A stretch of 32,000 nucleotides of DNA from positions 903,272-935,271 of the forward strand of contig NZ_LT963434.1 of the NCBI RefSeq assembly GCF_900199515.1, given 5' to 3'. The notes under the pieces are model-generated. The model was not told the origin of the DNA. It searched no databases and saw only the letters and a program-made list of their open reading frames with translations. Of the stretch, positions 1-7,771 are shown piece by piece. The position numbers were made by a program, and so were the translations under genes. Each line of letters begins with the position of its first letter. Position 1 is the first letter of the stretch. The DNA is from Massilicoli timonensis (GTDB taxonomy: Bacteria; Bacillota_I; Bacilli_A; Erysipelotrichales; Erysipelotrichaceae).

Positions 1-105
1 GAGCCATACAAACACTCAAATGATGCTCTATAACGGAATATCAAAACGAATGTATTGTGATAACTTTCTTAAATATAGGATATACTGCAATGCTCAAACA
101 GTCAA

Positions 106-133
106 GTTTTTTTGCCTATTTTTCATTGAATTA
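106..133. repeat. Left copy of a 28-bp direct repeat (target-site duplication) flanking the IS: GTTTTTTTGCCTATTTTTCATTGAATTA
   Basis: Identical 28-mer at 106-133 and 1660-1687 (29 bp if the preceding A is included). It directly abuts the imperfect terminal inverted repeats of the element. Confidence 0.85.
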
Positions 134-1659
134 TATGAATCGAAAATGATAATGTCTTAATGAAACGGAATTGAATTTGTCCCAAAAGTGATATATGATA
201 AACCTTTCGTGAAAGAGAGGTTAATATGAGAGAGGTTGTATTAAGAATGAAAGAACAATATAAATATGAAATTATTAAAAAATTAGTTGATACCAACGGA
301 AACAAGAAAAACGCTGCTTTGAAATTGCATTGCACGATCCGTACCGTGAATCGTTTGATTCTGTTATATCAGAATGAAGGAAAAGAAGGTTTTATCCATA
401 AGAATAGAAACAGGAAACCTTCTACTACTATTCCTGAAGATACAAGACGTAAAGTGATCGATCTGTATCGTACTAAATATCACGATGCCAATTTTACTCA
501 TTTTTCTGAACTCCTTTTGAAGAATGAGAATATTTCTGTTAGTGATTCTACTATTAAGAAATGGTTATTTGATGAAGGGATCCTTTCTCCTAAAGCAAGA
601 AAGAAAACGATCAAAAAAATGAAATCTATCTTGAGCGAACATAAGAAACGATCAAATTCTAAAAAAGAACTGGTTAAGATCGAGGAAAAACTTGAACGCT
701 TAGATAGATCTGATGCTCATCCTCGCCGTCCTCGTTGTGCTTACTTTGGTGAATTGATTCAGATGGATGCCTCTCCTCACCTTTGGTTTGGTGATACCAT
801 CTCTCATCTTCATTTAGCGATCGATGATGCCACCGGTATGATCGTGGGTGCTTATTTTGATCGTCAGGAAACATTAAATGCTTATTATCAAATTACCTAC
901 CAGATACTCACTGCTTATGGCATCCCTGCTAAGTTCTTCACAGACCGTCGTACTGTTTTTGAATACAAAAGAAAAAACGCATCTTCTGATGAAGAAGACA
1001 CGTTTACACAGTTCTCTTATGCCTGTCATCAATTAGGGATCGAATTAGAATGTTCAAGCGTTCCGCAAGCAAAAGGGCGTGTAGAACGCTTGAACCAAAC
1101 CCTGCAATCTCGTTTGCCTATTGAGCTTAGACTTGCAGGTATTTCCACCATAGAGGAAGCCAACGAGTTCTTAAACTCCTACATAAAAGAATTCAATGAC
1201 ATGTTCTCTCTACCCTTAAATAATACTAAAACAGTATTTGAAAAGCAACCAGAGAACACAAAAATCAATCAAATCTTAGCTGTATTGAGTACACGTAAAA
1301 TAGACAACGGTCACTGTATACGCTATAAGAACAAGTATTACATACCTGTTACAAAAAATGGAATCAGGACATACTTGAAAAAAGGTACTACAGCCATGGT
1401 CATCGAATCCTTTGAAGGAAGTTTATATGTCAATATTCTTGATCAGCTTTTCGTTATGGTAGAAATTCCTGAACATGAAGAACTATCTAAAACTTTTGAT
1501 GTACAATATGAGAAACCTAAACAAAGAAAGTACTATATACCGCCTATGTCACATCCTTGGAAACATGCTTCTTATCTCAATTATGTGGCAAAACAAAAGC
1601 ACCGAATGAACGGTGCTAATGTTTGACTTTTTTTGGGACATTTTCATTTTCGCTTGACA
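134..1659 (+). mobile_element. Intact insertion sequence, ISNCY family (IS1202-like group), about 1.53 kb, single transposase ORF
   Basis: Terminal inverted repeats: left TATGAATCGAAAATGATAATGTC versus reverse complement of the right end TGTCAAGCGAAAATGAAAATGTC (18/23 match). It is flanked by a 28-bp direct repeat, and the transposase stop lies inside the right IR. The element is visibly more AT-rich than the neighbouring genes. Confidence 0.85.
226..1626 (+). CDS. DDE transposase (N-terminal HTH plus rve/integrase core), ISNCY/IS1202-type
   Basis: ATG preceded by AGAGAGG. HTH-like N-terminus (NAALKLHCTIRTVNRLI). DDE core motifs are LIQMDASPH, FFTDRRTVF and AKGRVERLNQTLQ. The 466-aa length and architecture match proteins I recall being annotated as ISNCY family transposase in Firmicutes. 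Confidence 0.9.
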   Translation: MREVVLRMKEQYKYEIIKKLVDTNGNKKNAALKLHCTIRTVNRLILLYQNEGKEGFIHKNRNRKPSTTIPEDTRRKVIDLYRTKYHDANFTHFSELLLKNENISVSDSTIKKWLFDEGILSPKARKKTIKKMKSILSEHKKRSNSKKELVKIEEKLERLDRSDAHPRRPRCAYFGELIQMDASPHLWFGDTISHLHLAIDDATGMIVGAYFDRQETLNAYYQITYQILTAYGIPAKFFTDRRTVFEYKRKNASSDEEDTFTQFSYACHQLGIELECSSVPQAKGRVERLNQTLQSRLPIELRLAGISTIEEANEFLNSYIKEFNDMFSLPLNNTKTVFEKQPENTKINQILAVLSTRKIDNGHCIRYKNKYYIPVTKNGIRTYLKKGTTAMVIESFEGSLYVNILDQLFVMVEIPEHEELSKTFDVQYEKPKQRKYYIPPMSHPWKHASYLNYVAKQKHRMNGANV

Positions 1660-1687
1660 GTTTTTTTGCCTATTTTTCATTGAATTA
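1660..1687. repeat. Right copy of the 28-bp target-site duplication
   Basis: Perfect identity with 106-133. Confidence 0.85.
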
Positions 1688-1761
1688 CAGTCATTTTTTA
1701 CGTTTTTATCCGATTTGCAGTATTTTGTGTCATCTAATTTTTCACTTATAAACACAGGCTT

Positions 1762-4542
1762 TCATCGATTCTTTTTCAGATGTGTCACTTTCCTATGATA
1801 CAGCCGACGCCCTTTGCGATAGCGAAATGCCAGGATCACTGCCCCAACCAACACGGCAATCAGTGCCGCCGCAATCGCATAAGGCAGCCAAGGATAAGCC
1901 GGGTCCTCACTGATCGCAGTAAACTCCGCAATGTCTTCTCCTGCTTTGACATCGTTTTGTTTCTGCTTCACAATGGCAAAGCTGCCCGCATATTTCGTCT
2001 TCCATTTGATCTGATTTTGGGTCTGCGTCGTTTCCAGACGGATCACTTCCCCATCGACATATGCGTACACCTGATAAACGTCCTGATCACTTGCTTTTTC
2101 CGGCTTTGGCAAAGACAAGATCAGCGGCACGTCCAGTGTTTCATAGACCCGATCCTCTTCCTTGATCACAAGACGATAATACGCCTCTGCTTCATAACCA
2201 TTGTTTTTAGCAGTTGTCTTTAACAGCAGCTGCTGCTTGGATTTCACATTTTCATCGATCTCCATCTGAATGGTGCGTGTTTCTTCCGCTGATGGAAAAG
2301 CAAGCGTCGCTCCGGATATACCGGCCGTTTCTTTTGATGCGTGCAAGGTGATCGTACTGTTTTGATCGACACGAGAAACGATTTTCTCAAATTCGCGGAT
2401 CTCCCACATGCTCAAATTAGGCTTGCTTTCATAATAAGCATCACGCGCTGCCAAGATCCGTTTTTTCTCAGCACCGGTAAAAATCACATTTCGCTTCGCA
2501 AAGTCCGCAATGATCGCATTGATCTCTGTCTGTGTTTCCTGCTGTTTGATCCGTTTTTTGTTTTCCTTTACTTCGATCGTATAAGTATAGGTATTGCCCA
2601 GCACATGGATCTGTAATTTCTGCTTGCCTAATTTCTCCATATCATAGCCGGATACCATCTCACTTGTGAGCGGTACTTTTTGGCGTGTGCCGTTTTTAGC
2701 GGTAAAGGTAAAGACACAGCCATTTACATCCAGCGTATCGCCATAGCCATACGATGTTTTCGGTTCTTCCCACTCAACTGACTGTATTTTCGTATAAGTC
2801 GCCCGATAGGTCGTTTTCTTTTTGGCAGCAGTGATCTCTTTGTCCCAGCCCGCAAACAGATAGCCTTTTCGCTGCGGTGCTTCCACTGCCGGCAGATCTC
2901 CTTTCTGCACGTCCATTACCAGCTTTTTTTCGCCGTTTTCAAAGCGCCCTTTTCCCGCGTCAAATGTCATGCGTGCATACTCTGCCTGCTTTTTCAGCGC
3001 CGATGCGTTAAGCACTGTATCGACCGCTTCACATTCAATATAACCGATATTATCTTGAAAACGGTAATAATGTTCCTCTGTATCCTCCAGCAGCGGATCA
3101 CACTGGATCTGATAATAATCCTGTGCGCTCGTTTCCACTTTCCCTAAGATCAGGAAACTGTATTGGGGCAGATGATCGACTTCATATAGGACCTTCTGCT
3201 TTTTCTTCTTGGTCGAATCATATACCGGTATTTTCGCCGCCATATTCACGATTCCAAGCGCATATGCCTCTTTCTGCTTGCCACCCAGCGCATCGTCCAT
3301 GCGGTAAAAATAAGAAGCCGCTTTCTCTCCCCAGTAAGGATCAGAAGCATAACTGACATTCATACCGCTTTGTTTATTGCCGAAATAAGCGCCATGATAC
3401 ATATACGCACTTGGATCGGCATAGCTTCTCGATACATAAGCGTCCGCATGCACCTTGATGCTTTCTCCTGTATGCAAATAGCGTGATGCACTTTCCGCCG
3501 CACTGCTGTCATACGCCGCATGACCGAATAAATTATTTTTCAGATAGCTGAGATTGCTTCTTCCCATCGCACTTTCATTCATCGACACCGCCAGCATCAT
3601 CAAGGCATTGCTTCCATAAAGGTTCTGATTTTGAAGCAAGGCAGTTGCGCTGCCGCTTAACAAAGACTGGGTCAATACATCATGGATCCCATCTTGATCA
3701 TCGTCCAAAAAATGGGTGAGCGAAGCATAAGCGCCGCGCTGTTCTTTCAGATAATCCTCGATTTCTTCCGCACTGTAAACACTGCTGCTGCGATGAGATA
3801 CATACTGATAATAATTATAATATGGTGAAGAAGCATTGACCGCATGACGATGATCCATTGCCCGCGCATCTTCGATCATCTCTTTGATCGCATCTTCCTG
3901 ATAGAAGTAAATGCCGTCATAGCTGTAATAGGTCGTCTGCTCTTCCATAAAGGAAGGCGCTTCGTCTAAACGGATGCTGGCAGAAGATCCGCTTTCACGG
4001 ATCCCGTTCGATAAATCATGGATCAAGTGCCCTTTGGAGATCCGATAAGATGATAAATTGTCCGCCTCCTGCAATGGAATGATCTCGACATCCGCTAACG
4101 CCGCCCACGCATTGACCCCGGATATTTGAAATTTTACCTGTACGCCGTCGCTGTATGTATCCAAAAATAAGCCGTCCTTGGCATAGCAGCCGTTGAGATA
4201 GCCGTTTTCTCTCGTATCGGCATTCGTGTATTCCACATTGTAATCACAAAGATCACTGCTGCGAAAGCTCACAAAGCCATACCGCACCAAAATCAGTTTT
4301 CCCTGATGCACGATCGCCGGATTGTTTTTTTCCTCCAATACGGCATCATACATCGTGCGCGCCTCCTCATAACTGTCAAAAGAGGCAAATTCCTCTACCT
4401 TTCCGCTTTCCAAATAATCGACGATATGATAGCGTGCATCGGCTGGAAGCGTTTCTTCTTCGGCATAAACGCCATATGGAGAAAACAGCGTAAAGATGAT
4501 CGATAGGACAAGCATGACGGCGATGCGTTCAAACTTTTTCAT
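1762..4542 (-). CDS. Large secreted, membrane-anchored cell-wall hydrolase: GH73 N-acetylglucosaminidase domain plus Listeria-Bacteroides-type repeat plus Ig-like domain plus C-terminal TM anchor
   Basis: Start re-called at the internal ATG (MKKFERIAVMLVLSIIFTLFSPYGVYAEE, a signal peptide) with GGAGGT 6 nt upstream. GH73 motifs are LAVSMNESAMGRS (catalytic Glu region) and YASDPYWGEKAA. GYLFAGWDKE is the repeat motif. The C-terminus has a hydrophobic helix followed by RYRKGRR and no LPXTG. Confidence 0.85.
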   Translation of the reverse strand: MKKFERIAVMLVLSIIFTLFSPYGVYAEEETLPADARYHIVDYLESGKVEEFASFDSYEEARTMYDAVLEEKNNPAIVHQGKLILVRYGFVSFRSSDLCDYNVEYTNADTRENGYLNGCYAKDGLFLDTYSDGVQVKFQISGVNAWAALADVEIIPLQEADNLSSYRISKGHLIHDLSNGIRESGSSASIRLDEAPSFMEEQTTYYSYDGIYFYQEDAIKEMIEDARAMDHRHAVNASSPYYNYYQYVSHRSSSVYSAEEIEDYLKEQRGAYASLTHFLDDDQDGIHDVLTQSLLSGSATALLQNQNLYGSNALMMLAVSMNESAMGRSNLSYLKNNLFGHAAYDSSAAESASRYLHTGESIKVHADAYVSRSYADPSAYMYHGAYFGNKQSGMNVSYASDPYWGEKAASYFYRMDDALGGKQKEAYALGIVNMAAKIPVYDSTKKKKQKVLYEVDHLPQYSFLILGKVETSAQDYYQIQCDPLLEDTEEHYYRFQDNIGYIECEAVDTVLNASALKKQAEYARMTFDAGKGRFENGEKKLVMDVQKGDLPAVEAPQRKGYLFAGWDKEITAAKKKTTYRATYTKIQSVEWEEPKTSYGYGDTLDVNGCVFTFTAKNGTRQKVPLTSEMVSGYDMEKLGKQKLQIHVLGNTYTYTIEVKENKKRIKQQETQTEINAIIADFAKRNVIFTGAEKKRILAARDAYYESKPNLSMWEIREFEKIVSRVDQNSTITLHASKETAGISGATLAFPSAEETRTIQMEIDENVKSKQQLLLKTTAKNNGYEAEAYYRLVIKEEDRVYETLDVPLILSLPKPEKASDQDVYQVYAYVDGEVIRLETTQTQNQIKWKTKYAGSFAIVKQKQNDVKAGEDIAEFTAISEDPAYPWLPYAIAAALIAVLVGAVILAFRYRKGRRLYHRKVTHLKKNR

Positions 4543-4620
4543 GGCGTACCTCCAAGTAATTGCTATTATCTGTATTATATCATACAATGTAAGCTTTTTT
4601 TCGCTTAGTTCAAGCCCTGT

Positions 4621-4662
4621 AAAAAAAGACAGAAGGGAATGAAGCAAACATTCCTTTCTGTC
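4621..4662 (-). terminator. Rho-independent terminator after the GNAT gene
   Basis: 13-bp stem (GACAGAAAGGAAU / AUUCCCUUCUGUC, one A-C mismatch) followed by a run of 7 U on the minus strand, immediately after the stop at 4665. Confidence 0.75.
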
Positions 4663-4664
4663 CA

Positions 4665-5108
4665 TTAAACCTGCGGTTTCCCGCTTCCATACCAGTAATA
4701 AATATTTTTATTATGCGCATGCAGCTCACCGCCTGCCTTTTGATACAAAGCATTGGCTGCTTCGTTGTCGTCCTGTGTGATCAAAAACATATAGTGCAGA
4801 TGCTCCGCTTTTGCTTCTTCCAGCACGATCTTCATCAGCGTTTCACCGATATGACGGCGCTGATAAGCTTCTTCTACAAACAGGTGGTAGATCAAAAGCA
4901 TCGCGTTGCCGTTGTCGATGCGCGGCAATACATAAGCAAGCGTATAAGCGCAGACTGTATCCGCTTCATAAGCGATATACACCCGGATCTTTCTGTCCTG
5001 CAGCACTGCTTCCGCCTTTTCCTCGCTGATCTGACAGCCGCGAAAGGTTTGATTCACTTTGGTCAGCCATCGTTCATCGCCGCTTTCTAATTTTTTATAT
5101 GCGATCAT
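4665..5108 (-). CDS. GNAT family N-acetyltransferase
   Basis: 147 aa. Acetyl-CoA binding region LFVEEAYQRRHIGETLM and C-terminal NALYQKAGG. GGAGAGGA SD upstream of the ATG. Confidence 0.85.
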   Translation of the reverse strand: MIAYKKLESGDERWLTKVNQTFRGCQISEEKAEAVLQDRKIRVYIAYEADTVCAYTLAYVLPRIDNGNAMLLIYHLFVEEAYQRRHIGETLMKIVLEEAKAEHLHYMFLITQDDNEAANALYQKAGGELHAHNKNIYYWYGSGKPQV

Positions 5109-5142
5109 GGTATCCTCTCCTCACTGATCATGATGTTTGATC

Positions 5143-6003
5143 TTACATTTCTTCCAGGTAGCTGAAGCCATATCCCTGCACCTCATTGGCATCCATCACG
5201 ATGACAAACGCCTCAGGATCGATGCGGCTGATTTCATGGCTCAGCAGCGGGTACTGTTTCTTTGATACGCAAACCATCAGCACAGGACGGTTTTCACTGG
5301 TATAGCTGCCTTTTGCCTCCAAGATCGTCGCACCTCTGCCCAGATCCTGATAGATGACCTGCAAGATCTCTTCCTGATGCTTGGAAATGATCATGACATT
5401 CTTGGTCGCCTGCCCGCCGAACATCATCGTTTTATCGATCACATAAGAGCTCAGCCAAACCGAGATGATACCGATGAGCGCAGCTTCGACACCATACACC
5501 AATGCCCCCAGCAATACGGTCAATCCATCGGTTACCAGCACCAAGGTCGGCAGCGGCCACTTTGTGATCTTATTGACGATGAGCGGCGGAATATCCATAC
5601 CGCCGGTACTGGCACCGGTACGAAAGACAAGACCGACGCCCGCCCCCATCAACACACCGCCGTAAATAGAAGCCAGCAGCTGATTGTCGGTAATCTCGAT
5701 CGCATGCACAGAACTGCTTAACACGGAAATAAACACCGGATAACAGATGGTGCTCAATAATGTCTTAATGGCAAACTGTTTACCTAACGTCAAAGCGCCC
5801 AGAACAAATAGAGCAATCGTCAAAGCATTGATCATGAGATCGGTCGGAATATGGAATATTGGAAACAGCGCCACCGCAATACCGGCTACTCCGCCGGTCA
5901 GTACATCATTAGGCAAAATGAACAATACGACGCCGGCCGCCAGCAGGAAATTGCCGATGATCACGATTCCATAATCCCATACCAATTCTTTTACATTACG
6001 CAT
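5143..6003 (-). CDS. YitT family membrane protein (UPF0750 N-terminal TM domain plus C-terminal DUF2179), paralog 1
   Basis: Multi-TM N-terminal region with GASTGGMDIPPLI. The C-terminal soluble domain is GATILEAKGSYT...FVIVMDANEVQGYGF. The ORF-track start is GTG; the ATG one codon in has AGAGGTGA 6 nt upstream. Confidence 0.85.
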   Translation of the reverse strand: MRNVKELVWDYGIVIIGNFLLAAGVVLFILPNDVLTGGVAGIAVALFPIFHIPTDLMINALTIALFVLGALTLGKQFAIKTLLSTICYPVFISVLSSSVHAIEITDNQLLASIYGGVLMGAGVGLVFRTGASTGGMDIPPLIVNKITKWPLPTLVLVTDGLTVLLGALVYGVEAALIGIISVWLSSYVIDKTMMFGGQATKNVMIISKHQEEILQVIYQDLGRGATILEAKGSYTSENRPVLMVCVSKKQYPLLSHEISRIDPEAFVIVMDANEVQGYGFSYLEEM

Positions 6004-6082
6004 CACGCATCACCTCTTTTCCATCTTACTATATCACTTGAAATAGGGCTTCGTCAAATAAATCTATATGAGAAAAAATGTT

Positions 6083-6106
6083 AAAAAAGTGCATAGTTAT
6101 GCACTT
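6083..6106 (-). terminator. Rho-independent terminator after the DUF1836 gene
   Basis: 8-bp stem AAGUGCAU / AUGCACUU with a 4-nt loop, followed by UUUUUU on the minus strand. Confidence 0.65.
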
Positions 6107-6137
6107 ATTCACTATTTGTAATTACAATATGATAAAA

Positions 6138-6707
6138 CTACTCGATAGAATCAGCACATCCCTGCTCGCCAAGTCGCTTCAACTGCATGCTCTTTGCCAC
6201 CATCTTGCGTGTGATCAGCTTGCTGATGAGCGAAAACGTGCAGAGCTTCATCGCCATCTTATCGGAAGCGATCACCAGTTCCTCAAAGGGAAGCGTACCG
6301 CTCTTCAATGCTTTGGCTACCGTACTGGTCGCTAATTCCAGTTCATCACAAAAAATATGATAGGCACCCTTTAAGCCGGAACGCTCTGACTGGATCTCAA
6401 TACCGTCGCGAATCTCTGAAATCGTCAGCACTTCTTTCAAAATGGTAATGGCCAGCGCATATGCGATATGCACTTTATTATATTTCTTTTTGAGGGGTCT
6501 TGGCATGATTTTCGCCTTGACATAGTTATTGATCATGGAAGCAGTGATCATGCTTCCCTCTTTATCCTGAAAGATAGCGACGTATTGGGAAACGATCGTA
6601 ATCAGCTGATCCATATAGATCTCAAAATCGGGCAGTTCCTCCCACCTCGGCAGATGAAACTGCTCTAATGAAGTGATCCATTCCTGTGAGATGATCGGAT
6701 CTTCCAT
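6138..6707 (-). CDS. DUF1836 domain protein (probable MerR-like HTH, function unknown)
   Basis: Motif LPRWEELPDFEIYMDQLI ... ITASMINNYVKAKIMPRPLKKKYNKVHIAYALAITILK is typical of DUF1836 proteins found next to DegV genes. Start re-called: the ORF-track GTG abuts the SD with no spacer, whereas the ATG at 6707 is 9 nt from AAAGGAA. Confidence 0.8.
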   Translation of the reverse strand: MEDPIISQEWITSLEQFHLPRWEELPDFEIYMDQLITIVSQYVAIFQDKEGSMITASMINNYVKAKIMPRPLKKKYNKVHIAYALAITILKEVLTISEIRDGIEIQSERSGLKGAYHIFCDELELATSTVAKALKSGTLPFEELVIASDKMAMKLCTFSLISKLITRKMVAKSMQLKRLGEQGCADSIE

Positions 6708-6735
6708 GATCTGCACTTCCTTTCTTTCTTTTTAT

Positions 6736-6764
6736 AGTATAGCGGAAATGCTTAAAATTGGCAA
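6736..6764 (-). promoter_or_regulatory. Sigma-A type promoter for the DUF1836 gene
   Basis: On the minus strand, TTGCCA (6764-6759), 17-nt spacer, TATACT (6741-6736). Confidence 0.5.
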
Positions 6765-6766
6765 AT

Positions 6767-6788
6767 ATTATGTGAATAATCACATAAT
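6767..6788. promoter_or_regulatory. Perfect 9-4-9 palindrome ATTATGTGA-ATAA-TCACATAAT (candidate regulator binding site)
   Basis: Read directly from the sequence. It lies just upstream of the -35 of the DUF1836 promoter, in the divergent intergenic region. Confidence 0.5.
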
Positions 6789-6805
6789 CTAGTTTTTAAT
6801 ACTAT
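6789..6805. promoter_or_regulatory. Degenerate copy of the TAGTA-N5-TACTA operator (CTAGTTTTTAATACTAT)
   Basis: It shares both half-sites (TAGT / TACTA) with the perfect palindrome at 6844-6860 and lies immediately upstream of the degV -35. Confidence 0.4.
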
Positions 6806-6810
6806 TTATA

Positions 6811-6839
6811 TTGACAGTGAAGCAATCTCGTGCTATCTT
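6811..6839 (+). promoter_or_regulatory. Sigma-A type promoter for degV
   Basis: TTGACA (6811-6816), 17-nt spacer, TATCTT (6834-6839), with an extended -10 TG at 6831-6832. Confidence 0.55.
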
Positions 6840-6843
6840 TTAC

Positions 6844-6860
6844 CTAGTATTCAATACTAG
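6844..6860. promoter_or_regulatory. Perfect 17-bp palindrome CTAGTATT-C-AATACTAG (candidate operator overlapping the degV transcription start)
   Basis: Perfect 8-1-8 inverted repeat starting 5 nt after the -10 hexamer. Confidence 0.55.
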
Positions 6861-6902
6861 ATAGAATTATGGAGAACTATTACAGAAAGGATCGATTACA
6901 CG

Positions 6903-7742
6903 ATGATACGAATGATCAGCGACACTTCTACTTTATATGCGCCTAAGGATGCAGAGGCGATCGGCGCAGCCGTTACCCCGCTTTCCGTCAATATCAACGG
7001 CAATACTTATCGCGAGTATGCCGATATCAACGCCGCCGATTTCATCAAACTGATACAGGACGGCGGCATTCCTTCTTCCTCTCAGCCTTCTATCGGCGAA
7101 AAGATGGAATTATATGAGCGTTATCCAAATGACGATATTATCGATCTGGCGATGGCGGACGGTCTGTCCGGTACTTATCAAAGCGCATGCGGGGCAAGGG
7201 AAAACAGTGCGCATAAAGAAAAGATCCATGTCGTCAATACCAAAACACTGTGTGGGCCACATCGCTATCTGCTGGAAAAAGCCATTCGTTTAACTAAGGA
7301 AAGTGATGATGTGCATGCGGTATTAAATCAGTTGCAAAAAAGCATCGACAACAGTTATTCATATTTGATGCCGCAGGACTTCGCTTTCTTAAAAAGAGGA
7401 GGACGTTTGACACCGATGGCCGCAACGATTGGCGGACTTTTGAAAATGGTGCCGATCATGACCCTTACGGAAGGCGATGTCAAGAAACTGGAAAAGCTGG
7501 GGATCAAGCGTACCTTACGCGGTGCTTTTCAGATGGTAGCGGAGGATCTGAAAGTAAAAGGTGTCGACGGTAATCATTTGATCACCATTTCCCATGCGCT
7601 CTGTCCTGAAAAAGCCATGATCGCCAAAGAGGTCATACAGGAAGCATTTCCGGATTGTGAGATCTGGATGTTAGAATTATCCCCGGTCTTTATTACCCAG
7701 GGTGGACCGGACTGCATTGCCATTCAAAGCATCTTAAAGTAA
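6903..7742 (+). CDS. DegV family fatty-acid-binding protein (FakB-like)
   Basis: 279 aa. N-terminal ISDTSTLY and the SSSQPSIGE motif characteristic of DegV, with the typical length. Confidence 0.9.
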   Translation: MIRMISDTSTLYAPKDAEAIGAAVTPLSVNINGNTYREYADINAADFIKLIQDGGIPSSSQPSIGEKMELYERYPNDDIIDLAMADGLSGTYQSACGARENSAHKEKIHVVNTKTLCGPHRYLLEKAIRLTKESDDVHAVLNQLQKSIDNSYSYLMPQDFAFLKRGGRLTPMAATIGGLLKMVPIMTLTEGDVKKLEKLGIKRTLRGAFQMVAEDLKVKGVDGNHLITISHALCPEKAMIAKEVIQEAFPDCEIWMLELSPVFITQGGPDCIAIQSILK

Positions 7743-7771
7743 AAAAGCGTGTGCAGCCACGCTTTTATTTT
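7743..7771. terminator. Bidirectional rho-independent terminator between convergent degV and the HAD gene
   Basis: 9-bp stem AAAAGCGUG / CACGCUUUU with a 6-nt loop, an A-run on the 5' side and a U-run on the 3' side. It overlaps the HAD stop codon. Confidence 0.75.

Noticed and set aside
123-335. 70-aa minus-strand ORF crossing the left IS boundary
   Set aside because: It spans the target duplication, the IR and the antisense of the transposase start. It has no SD and gives AT-rich low-complexity translation.
4543-4665. 41-codon N-terminal extension of the GH73 ORF
   Set aside because: The extension runs through the GNAT terminator hairpin and has no SD. The internal ATG at 4542 has a GGAGGT SD and begins a canonical signal peptide.
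6767-6788. Interpreting ATTATGTGA-ATAA-TCACATAAT as a CRP/FNR or Rex site
   Set aside because: CRP/FNR and Rex consensus sites have TGTGA-N6-TCACA spacing. Here the spacing is N4, so the resemblance is only at the half-site level. It is kept as an unassigned palindrome.
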